Assembly: GCA_037379345.1 (NCBI GenBank) | Contig: CM074514.1 | Coordinates: forward strand, 2,790,001-2,854,000 | Direction: 5' to 3' | Length of the DNA stretch: 64,000 bases | Source of the DNA: Perna viridis | Lineage: Eukaryota | Shown here: piece by piece, positions 12,801-24,800 of the stretch | Position numbering within the stretch: the stretch's first letter is position 1 | How the letters are laid out: each line of letters begins with the position of its first letter | Translations under genes and position numbers: made by a program | The notes under the pieces: model-generated | Seen by the model: only the letters and a program-made list of their open reading frames with translations | What the model was told of the DNA's origin: nothing | Database searches by the model: none

Positions 12801-15800
12801 AGGAATATTAATACTGTTGGATGACTCCTAAGGGAGATAATCCAAATAAAGGTTTTGCATTTAAGTCCATTTGAAGATGGGTATTCTCACAGTATTTCTA
12901 GTTGATCTTTTTATGTCATTCCTTGAAGAGGAGATTGAAGAGGGAAGCAGATTTTGGAAATAGAGATCTTGGCTTGGAAAAAATAATTGAAAGTGAATAT
13001 TCTTGCTTACTCATGCTTAAAAAGATAAATCAAAATTTTGGGCTCAAGTCCAGAGTCTAAAGTACAATAAAATAATTTAGAAATAAATCACAGAAACTCC
13101 ATTTAATCCTTGTTTTACCATGGGCTGACCATTTATGTCACATTATTTTTCCCCAAGCGATAGCGAGGGGTAAAATATCGGCATAAATGGTCAAAATGAT
13201 GAAAAGAAATTTCTGTAGTTTATTTCGATTGTAACAGGACAATAACAGTTTTATTAATAATAAAATAATTTTCGTGACCTATTACGGTAACCTTAGACCC
13301 ACCATATTTGGCTGTACACTTAACGCTATGTTAGTTGAAATAGTTGCTCATGAAACTTTGCTGTATATTTTTATAATAAAGGATAGGGCAAATTAAGTAG
13401 AACGAGGTTAGATATGGCAATAGCTGTTTGAATTATAAGGTCGCAGTGTTCACACATGGACAGATACAATGTTCCATTCATTGACAGTTGTTATTGTTTG
13501 GTTTCATACATGATGGCCCACATGGCATGTGTCGAATGCTACGATTATGTATGTAACTAATTTTTATGAAATATAATATAATTTTTCTAAAAACATAACG
13601 TTTAATATTTTTATTGAATATGAATTTGATGTTCATTTACACTTCTGAAATGAATGAAAACAGCTGTTACACATCGGAATGTTACGTGTGTTTGTTTACA
13701 TGATTGAGGTGAACAGTAATTTACACACACACAAGTCACGCCCAGTAAGTCGCTGCTTTTATAGCAATCAAAATCGATTACAGCTGTGGTCTCAAAGCCT
13801 TTAAAGCATGTCATGTTAGAATAATACAATAACAAATGTAAAGAGTGAATAACCAAAATATGACCAAAAGTGCTAAAAGATGTCTAAGTTTAATGAGTAT
13901 ACGGTCCTTGTTCCACACATGAGTTAAATCTTCAAGCATCCTTGGCATGAGTAATTATATTTTGGTTATCAAGATAACTGATTGGTTATTTTATTTATCA
14001 TATAGGTATTCTCAATAATTCATCACTTTTTTCAACATAAAATTTAAGTTTTATTGATGGAGGATCGATATTTGTGTTGTAACACGTCTGTGAGTAAAAT
14101 TACCTAATTTGTTTCACATGTGAATTATTGAAAAAAATAAATTTTTTGACCAGCAAAATTTCAAAAATAAATATTTTGACCCAAGTTAATTGGCCCTGCC
14201 TCACAAACAAATAGTTCCCTAATTAGAAGGTTACTTTTTTTTAGGTTTTGGATGGTAGACCACAGTTTGTGGAAATGGCTGGAAATTTGATCCCCATTAC
14301 CAAATCAGGTGACCAACTCTACATCAATTTTAAAGCATTTCGAGAAAACCGACTACCATGTACCGTGAGAATCAGAGACATGGATCAGGATCCTGCAGCA
14401 AGAGTCGCATTTATGAAAGAACCAAAAGTGGCAAGGGGAGAAGTACCTCAGACTCCAATTTGTAATCTTAATGTTTCCCTACCAGATATGTCAACTGTAA
14501 GTTATAAGTGAGCACAGCTCACTCTTAAATGTATAGAAATTTGTCTAAAAATCATCATACTGACAGTTGAAAAACTTTTGTCAAAGCAATACGCTACATC
14601 ACCACTAAATGAAGCTTAAGAAATAGTTTAAAAAAAATGCTGCCTCAACAAAATATTTCAAAGACCTCTACATTTTTTTTATTAGAACTACTTGGACTTT
14701 TTAAAAAATGCTAGTTTTGGTTGAAGAGATCATATGATAACCTTGCTTTCTATGCCGTACCTGGAACTGTTTGACTGTTGATTTTACAAATATCTGGAAT
14801 ATTCATTGCTGGCTGTAACAGATGAAAATATCCTTGTCAAACTCTGCAAAAATGGTAAATGACATGAAGTGTACTTCTTATAAAGGGAAATTAGAACTTA
14901 ATGCTTTGCTCGCACTTAAGGCCAATATCTTCCTCTTATTATACTTTCTAGGTTGTTTTTTTTTGTTGTTTTTTTTTTTGTCTAAACTTAAATAGACTTT
15001 TAACAGCTAAAGAACAAGTCTGAAATAGGGTTTTGTGGTTTTATCCATTTTGTTTAGAATTATTTTAAAAAGAAACCTAAGAATTCATGTTTGTTAGGGT
15101 AGATCATACCAATTACACAGATCATTCTTTTCTGTCCTCTTACAAAATCATATTGAAGTATGTATTTCCAATGAGCAAAAATTGTTTAAATTATATTATA
15201 ATATGGTAAAATTAAAGGGATTATATTATTTGAATAAAGCCTCTTTCAAAGGGAGATAATTTGCGGAAAAACGTTTTATAGAAAAGTAATGGGAATTGTA
15301 TTTTTTTTTTAAATATTACTTGAAAAAAAAAGTTTGGTGACTCCCAGTTTTCTTTTTGAAATTTAAAAGGATGTCAGAGTAAGTATTCTTTTTTTTTTAT
15401 TTGTGAAATAGTGAAAATTCCCTACAGAATCTATATAAAGTATTTTTAAAGAATAGTATACATTAAGTTTCAGATATCTTAAAATCAAATTTGGTGACCT
15501 AATATGCCTTTTTATATTGAAATTTTACAGTATGTAATGATTCTTGGTTTTCTTGGAGAAAAAATAAGATAATTTATAAAATTATTAGGTATTGTCAACC
15601 TTAAGAGATTAAGGGAAGTTCCATTTACCCACTACAAAAAAGCAATAGACATCAGAGAATTATTCATACATGTGTAATATTTTTCATTTTACCATTGTAT
15701 GCTCTCTGAAATATTTCCTTATTTTAGCCATATCATTGAGTTAGGTCCCCTTTCACAGTTCCTGCTGTCTGCTTTTTGCAGAAAAATAAAACATTGATCT

Positions 15801-18800
15801 TCTTGAAGAAAGAGATAATTCATATGTTAAAATGTTGTATTTTACCAGTAAGTTTAAGGACAAGTCAATTGAAGAGAAATGAGGCATCTTTGTATAGATT
15901 TTTTTTAACAAAAATTAAAGGTTTTTATTATTATTATTATTTTTTTTTATTATTTTTTTTTTAAATTTTTTTTTAGCTTTTGTTTACTAAAATTCTGAGA
16001 TAATTAATAAATTATTTGTTAATTATAATTTTTGTTACAGTGGAAAGAAATTTTTATATAGTTTTTATTATTTTCAGTCGTCTTCAATGGAAATGGATGG
16101 TGAGGCTGTCAGAGAACTTAGAAACAGGTCATCACTGATAAAAGAACACGACATTGGTATAAATTTAAAATATGTTGCTTGTTTTATTTATGACAATACT
16201 GATGTAATGGGAGAGCATGATTTGCCTCACAAAATTATCGAATCCTAGACTTCTCGGTGACAAGCCAGCGACAAAACCTATTCGGCTAAAGAATTTAGCC
16301 AAGTTAATTAACTGGCTATTTAAGTCTCATTACTACTACAATGCAGGTAGACTGTCCTGCCACATTTCCCCCACCTTAAAAGTCTTCGTACTATGAATGA
16401 CTTTTAATACTAGCTATCAGCTAACAAAACCCTGTGGGCTTTTTAGTCAGCTGCCCAATGTAACAGAAGAGCATGATTTGACTCACAAAATTATACTCCG
16501 CCACTGAGGATTGAACCCTAGACTGCTCGGTGACAAACCAGCTATAAACAGATTTGGCTGAAAAATTAATCCTTTGGCCAAGTCAATTAACTGGCTATTT
16601 AAATCTCACTACCTACTACAACTCAGGTAGGCTGTCCTGCCACACTGAAATTGGCGTTTTCATGGTAATTGTGCCATTGGGAATATATCCTTTTGTATTT
16701 ATTTCTGATCAGACTCAATCAGTACTTGATTGAGAAAAAAAAGCAACACTTTCATGAGAAAATTTTTACAATGTCGTACCAAATTTTTATGGGATATTGT
16801 GCCGTTTATGGAATTTTTTTTCATATGTTTGTATCTAAGAAGTCTGCCAAAAAATTTATAATGGTAATGGAAACAGGATAGCTTCTTAGAAACATGCATA
16901 TAACTAAAAGATGAAAATGGAGGGATCTCTACAAGGATGAAGGCTGGGATTGATTTTTTGGGTTGTGACTTGAGCCAAGTAAGAATAAGGGGCCAGAAAC
17001 AAGTTGTTTTTTTTTATCTCAATTATTTTAGTAAATGGTTATGATTTTTTTTTAAATTGTATCACAAGTACCATATCCACAAAGGATGGTTTGGATTGAT
17101 ATTTGAGGTTTAGACCTCTATTATTCAGGAATAAGAGGACATAAAGTGCCCTCCTCAATTTTGGTCTTGTTCTTATCCTATGTCAGATATCTAATTATGA
17201 TCAATAACTGTTCTGAATCTAGTATGAATGGTGTGTCCATACTTGCCCTAACTGTTTGGTATTAATCTCTGCAGCCCACATTGAGCTGCACCCTGTGAAG
17301 CATTTTATTTTATCCTGTAATGAAAAAGCAAATGCCTCTCATTTTACCCTTTCTTTAAGCTTACATCAATGCTGTATATTTCAACAATACTCTTAATATT
17401 GTTTTTATTCAGCAGTGAAAAATCAATTAAATTGATTTAAATTATTAGTACATTTAAACAAATTATAATTTATCCCTAATGTGCCTATGATCATTGGATT
17501 GATTTCATTTGTAAGATCTAATGTACAAGGAATCCCATAGAATATTGTAGAGAAATCTCAATGTTTCAGTTGTGCAAGACAGAGTGCAGCAAGCTTCCAT
17601 CAGACTTACAGATGTGGCAGATACGGTGAAAGGTGATTGGGTGATGTTAGCTCAACAGTTAGATGTGTCTTCTTCAGAAATAAATGACATTAACAACCAG
17701 TATAAAACAGTTAATGACCAAGGACTTGCCATGTTACAACTCTGGGTTGATAAAGATACTCAACCTAATAAAGGTCAGTATACAAAGATAATGTCATGTA
17801 TTCTACCCAAACAAACAGTTAATGACCAAGGACTTGCCATGTTACAACTCTGGGTTGATAAAGATACTCAACTTAATAAAGGTCAGTATGAAGAGACAAA
17901 ACTTAGTGCTAAATCAGATGGAGTGATAATCTGCTGAATATTCTGGTTCAGTTTTGTGGAATTAATTACCCAGTACATTATGTAATATTTCAAAGACAAA
18001 TTGCTTTAAACATAAAATTGAGCTGTATTTGATTGACATGTGATTTATGTTTTAACAAATATAGCTGTGTATTCTATGACAATAATACACATTTGTGTTG
18101 GTAACTTTTGTTTTGTTATGTTTTGTTTGTTTTTTCTTGTACTGTTTTGTCATGTTTGTAAACAGACTTATGTGTATATAATTCGGTCTCCATTTGTATT
18201 ACATGAGAGCCTCAGGAAAGATTAGTTGTTGTAAACTAACGGTGTTACCCTCTCAAAATAAAGTCTATTATTATTATTATTATTAGTGAAGAGAGATGAA
18301 ACACATAGAAGTACATTGATCTACAAACAGCTTATCAATTTTTTAAAATTTTTTTTCTGTGATACCCACAAAAGAGTTAAATGCTCTCTATATATTGGAA
18401 TCACTTCGTTCATCATCACTCTTTGATTTTTGTCATAATTATCTACGCTACCAATAGATGGATCAATCTTGTTGGTGACTTTATAGATATATTATATGGG
18501 TGTTGTAGTATATCAACTCCATGGGACTTGGCCATTTATCACAACATAGAATGATAAGGAAAATTTTTGTCACAATAATCTTCTTTCCTATTTGATGGAT
18601 TTATTTCAAATTTGGTGTGTGGCTTAAGTAGATGTGGCACATGTTGTAAGTATTTACATATCCCTTCTCTACTGATGACATATAGTATGAGAAAACATAT
18701 TTATTGTGAACATAGAGTTGTATAAAGTCATAATAAGGTCATTATTCAACTCTGTAAAGATATAAAAAATTTTTTATGTAGGCCAAGTGCTAGAGAAAGC

Positions 18801-21800
18801 TCTGGTTAAGATCGGTCGTGAAGATGTTGTGAAGAAATGTATATACAATGTTGAGAATGTTGAAGATGAAATGGAGGCAGCAGCTGCTAGAGTAGCTATG
18901 GATCAATCAGGTATAAATTCTACACCTTTACACATTCTATACAATTTTCTGATAAATCTGTTCATGTGAATTCTGTAGAAATTAAGATAGATAGGCTAAA
19001 AATTACGTAGGTATTAGCTATATTTTCTAGTTCTGGTTGTCTTTAACATTTCAAGCAGCTGTTTTGACCTAGTTGTCAGCTTATTGCATAACTGCTTCAG
19101 CTGATTAGCAATTCTATTAGTATTGAAAGAGCTTATCTCACTCTGTAGAGTGGATCAATTCAGAAAAATTTCTGCCCTCATAAAAAATGTTACATTGTGC
19201 TCATAAAATACATCTTGTCCAATCAGGAATGTCATGATCGACTTACATTTCCAGAATGTCATACGATTTCTGAATTGGTCCGTTATACAAGAATATGTGT
19301 AGTATTAGTTAATGCAGTCCTTCAGAATGGTTGTTGATTAGTAACAATGTTGATATAAAGGCATCTTCACTGTTTCCAGAGAAATCTGCTCATAAGGGAT
19401 TGCCACATAATCATCCTCAACAAGTAAGAATGCTTGTTTGATAGAGAAAAAAAACTACAGTGTAAACATGGTAGAATTATCTAGATGTGGTTTTTTTGAA
19501 GAGTTAATTGGTTATACATTTACATTTGATTTTTTAAGGTTTCGACACATTTACAGAAGAAGTAGGAATATCTAAAGAAGACTCGATGAAGCGGAACATG
19601 TCATTAGATGTACAGTTCGATGAACAAGATATGGTTAAGGTATTGTTAGGGATAAATGGTTTAATTTATTGGTATCATTTCTTTAAATGTGGTAATATCA
19701 CTTTGGCTATCTTTTTAAAGTATCTTCTATTGCTCACTGTGGTTATGAAGTATTAATTTGTTTTATTATTATTCTTGTATTACCATTAATTCAATAATTG
19801 CCCACTTAAATGCAGGTGTTGTGAATGATTAAAACATGCTTTTAGTGAATTTAATATATTTTTTTTTATAAGTTGTTAGGGGACTTCGAGGTGAGAAAGG
19901 TTTGATCAGAGTTGTTAGTGGTAACTTAGCAACATTGATTTTTTATTTTTTTTCCCCTACTTTCTCTCTCAGTAGATGATGTAACTCTATACTTCTATGG
20001 TCTTCTCATTCTATTTCTTATCTGTCTGATTTGTTTGGTAGTGAGATTTGTGTGAGATTTGTTTGGTAGTGAGATTTTTAAAAACTAACCATGATTTAAA
20101 TACAATAGATATTGTACTGTAACAACTGGATCACTATAACTAATAGGGTTTATTCTTTAAAGAGATGTTTCAGGATCTCATTAGTTTCTTACAATGATAA
20201 AAACTTTATAAAAAAGATGAACCTGAGTTACAAGGGTAAAATTAAGTTTCTTGTTAGATTTTCAGAGTATATAATAGAAAGAATGAAAGAAAAAGTTATT
20301 TATCTTTCTTTAATCTCTTCAGTGATTTGCTTTTAAGATAAGTTTTTGTTTTTTATTCTACAGGAATCCGAGTCTATTGCAGAATCTCCAAGCTCAGATG
20401 GCAAGCATGCACCACAGGCTTTAGAAGAAGGTAAATATCTGTATACAACAGAGCTTCCAAACTGTCCTGCTGCATTCCTTTTAGCTTTTCATGAAGGTAA
20501 AGGGTCATTGGAAAATTATCAGTTCATCCATTTTTGTGAAATGAACGGATGAAAAATAAAATACATTTCACAATGCTGACTTAAGAGTGCAATGTAAGAT
20601 GGCGAAAGTATGATACTGTGACATATGCTGCAAGTATTGCATTAAATGATTCCTGTTTATGAAATTAACTTGATTGACAATGTTATGTTATTAATGATTG
20701 CTGAAGTGCTGATCAGTGGTATGAAGATTTCAGTTTTTAAAAAAATTGGGGAAATAATTTTGAAGTATGAAAATGAAATCTCATGTGAGTCTTCATACAT
20801 GCTATCAGTATTTTAGTGGCTGTGAATGCTGTGTTGATTAACTGCTTGAATAGCTGTTCACTTCACATATAGAAACTGAACCTAGAGATGATGAAGTTGT
20901 GGTCCAAGTTGATGAACGAAGACCACTTGCTAAACAGGAGGTCAAAGGTGAAAAACAAGCTGATGATTATATGGATTTGATTGAACAGCTTGATAGATAT
21001 TGTGATGAAAAGGAACAAAAAGAATCAGAGGGCCAAGGTAGATAACTGTGTGTTAACAGAAAGGCAGCCACATCTCTTCATCTGTCTAATACACATGTTT
21101 TAGTTACTAACAATATCATATATTTGTATATATATCTGTTTTTCCTTAACCAAGTAAGGTTTCTCCAGGGTACGATTTAATACAAATTCAGGTCCAGAAA
21201 ACCAATTTTATGTTTTGTAACTGATATTAAACCTGGAGGAACCTTGACTGTAGAATCTTAGTTATCATGCTCATCATTGTCTGATCTATTACCATCATAA
21301 AGTTGTCTGCTGTAAACTCAACAAACTTTCAACATTTGAAATGTACTTTGAAATAAATGTTGCTGAAAACAATGGGAAAAGGAGGGGGTAAAATCAAATA
21401 TCTAAATTATTTGCCAGGGAAAAAAATGATATAAGGTATGGCGTGTTAGAGTTTACACAACAATGGATAGCTGCTGATTTTATTATTTCATACTCTAATA
21501 GCTTTTTTTTCTTTGAAGAAAGTATTAAAAAAAGTTCAGAATGGCTTATTGGTTTGAATTATATTTAGCTTTTTCTTATGCTATATCATAAACCAATGTG
21601 TATTGAGTGATAGACTGTTTGAGCTTGTGATATCAGTGCCAGATTGTAGCTTATTTTGTTTTTAGAACTGTGTGAGAAATTAACAAGATTGGCTAAAACT
21701 GAAGTAGTAAGGAAAGAAGGGAATTACAATTGAGCACAAAACATTTATCTAAATCATATTTACCCGATTACTTCATTTTTGCCAAATCCATCATATGCAG

Positions 21801-24800
21801 TGCTTTATTTTAACTGACCTTTGACCCTCCACAGATACAGACAAGCCACTTGTATTTGAAGATGAAATCACTCATACAAAACATGAGCGTATGACACCGG
21901 AGGAGATAATATCTATTGTTGAATCGATTGGTCAACAGTCGGCTCCTCCTCCTAGACAAGGTACCAGCATGAATGACTGTCTCCCTGTTGTGGTTACTGC
22001 ACCTTAACATTGCATGTCCTATCAGTACTAATCAATGTTGTGTTTTACTTAATTTTAAGTACAGTTATTGTTTCTGGGGATATTATTTAATAAAATACCC
22101 TGCTCTGTCACCCCTCTGATAGTATTCAATTACATGAGAATAATTGGAGTCATCTCCTTTACTATTTATTTCTTTCTTCTTCTGTTTAATTTTTATACTT
22201 TGATTTTTACTTAAAATGGGAGAAATTAAGAGACACTAATATTGTAACTCATAATATAGTTAAGTAGTTAACAGTTAGTGACATTTACAAAGAAATTTAT
22301 CAACATCTATTGAGTATCTGTTATATGTGTATGTATATATTTTGTGTACCTTTGTAATTATTTATATGTATTTGGACATGTTTTACCATCGTACATTTTA
22401 TATCCTTTAACAGTATATTTTACTGTGTCATCCTCTGCGTGTGTGTGTGTGTGTGGCTTATTTTTTACCAAATAATTTGTAAGATTTTTAAAAAGTTATT
22501 ATTTTTTTTGGTTATGATCATTATTTATAAACCCTTGAGGTACTTAACTTACAGAATTTGAAAAATAAAAAAAAATTAATGCATTACATGTAGTCAAATA
22601 AATTTTAGGTTAGTGTTTATGTGATAAGAATTATTATTTTTCAATATAAAACTTGTACTTAGACTTAGAATTGAAAATTATTTATTAGATGACAGAGATA
22701 TAAGGGATGATATAGTGGCTTCTGTAGATAAACGTAGGCCTCAGGCCAGTCCTCAACAGGCTGATCGTGATCATTTTAAAGATGTAGACTTGATAGAGTT
22801 GATTAATCAACTTGATACAGTTCAACACCACTTAGAAAAACAAGGTAGTCAAAACATTCAGAGTGATAATTTTTGGAGCACCTGCAAATTTTTTAATCAC
22901 TTAACTTTCCCTTCCATACTTGTAGACACATTTGTAAAAACTATTTGAAATTGCTTATGAAGTAATAATTTGATAAATTATGACTTATTGATAGAGTTAA
23001 CTTGAGGAGGTAATTGAACCCTTAATAATGGTACATTTGTAATAAAGCCTACTACCATCTTATACTATTTTATGTCAGATGAAGAGCCTCAGAGAGTTGT
23101 AACAGAGGATGAAATAGTTCATGAGAAGCACTCTCGACCGAGTTCTCAAGATGTAGTTCAGGAAATTGTACAAAACACTAGTAAATTAACGACTTTACAG
23201 AAGAATGAAGGTAGAGGCATGAGCTATGTCTTACCAAGCTTTTAATGATTTTTTCCTGTGTGTGCCTTTCTACATTATCTTTTTCAAGAAGTATATATGA
23301 TAAACAAATATATTAAAGACTTGTTATGAGTGTTTATTGTTTCCATGTTTACATGTATCATTATACTTTTGTTTTCAGTAATCATTTTGATAATCCTCTA
23401 TACTTATCAAAGTCCAATTGTCATAAAGTTAATACTGAAGCACAATTACAGAATCTTGATAATTTTTTTTGATAAAAAGAAATACCTCTATTAAAATGAA
23501 GTAAAGCTTTACATAATTTGAATTTATGACTTTATGTCAGGGGATAAATTAAATGGTGATGAAGTAGTCGTCCAAGTTGATACACGAAGACCTCAGGCCA
23601 AACAACAAGTTCAAGTAGAAAAAAAGATAGATGATTTTTCTGATTTGATTGAGCACCTTGATGGAATGAGGGAGCCTCAACAGATAATTTTCCAGCAAGG
23701 TACATAAGCTGGGTCTTGCTTGAGTTCAAAAAGTTAATTGTATTTATCTGAATTGTCTAATTCAGACATGATTTTTTTTTCAGCTTTTTAGCGGACTTTC
23801 GTAATTTCAAATTCGGATTTAACCGCTACGATTTTTTTTTTATTGTTTATTTACTATTGATGTTGCCAATTTCTGCCTTGTTTGTAGACCTCGTAAAATC
23901 ATGTCTGTTAATTGGTTTTTGATATAGGGAATTTGCAAGTGGAAAATCTTTGGAAAAGAACGTTTTGTAAAAGTTTTTTTTTCTCAAGTAAAAAATTAAT
24001 ATGTTGAAATACTTGGGTAACAACATATCAACTTATTTAAGGCATTTGATCTCAGGTTTTGTAATTCACCTCTTGATAAAGTGATAACATTTGTACCTCA
24101 GGTGTAGAGCCTCAGGAAACTGTTACAGAGGAAAATGTTATCTATGAAAAAGACTCAAGGCCAAGTTCTGAGGAAATAGTAGTTGATATTTTAAATTACA
24201 TGGAACATCTATCTTCTAAACCAAAGGTCAAAGGTATCAGATTGCATTACTGTTTGGACGGAGTTCATTCATTCCATTGTTTTGTTTTGTTTATCAGTTA
24301 TGGTAACTTTAGTGCATATGGTGCATCTTAAGCTTAAGCTCCGTCAGTAATAAATACAGACGGAATAACTGTCTGGTTAGAATGATTTCATTATCTGTTG
24401 ACACACACGCAAAGGGACACAGTTAAATATTTCTTAAATTTTTATCTTAGATACAGCATAATATACAATGTAAAACATGTACCTTATTTATACCACATAT
24501 TGATTAGTTTTATGACGTACTCTATTTGTTGTTAGACTTGTTTTATACTTTGCATGTGCATGTTATTCCACTGGATGTTGTCGATAAACAACTAATTGAC
24601 CTCGTTAATATTTAAGATCGAATAGACAACACAAGCTTCTTGGCAGTAACTGTTTATAGTATCTCAGTCTAATATTATGTAAACTTAATGTTAAAAGATA
24701 CTACTTTTTTCAGTATTTAATGCGAATCATGGGCACACTTTTTGCTTTTGTGCATGGCTAATGCTCTGCAAAAGATTTACCCCCTGTAAGAAGTCCAAAC

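Noticed and set aside
13060-14010. Possible transposon remnant with short inverted repeats and CpG-richer sequence
   Set aside because: Boundaries, TSD and family could not be defined by eye.
16459-16644. Functional tRNA gene
   Set aside because: Stems are degenerate and the sequence is part of an LTR present twice with a TSD; called tRNA-derived TE sequence instead.
20431-20496. In-frame alternative donor GAAG|gtaaag 66 nt downstream of the 20430 donor
   Set aside because: The added peptide looks intron-like and nothing else supports it; cannot be distinguished from chance.
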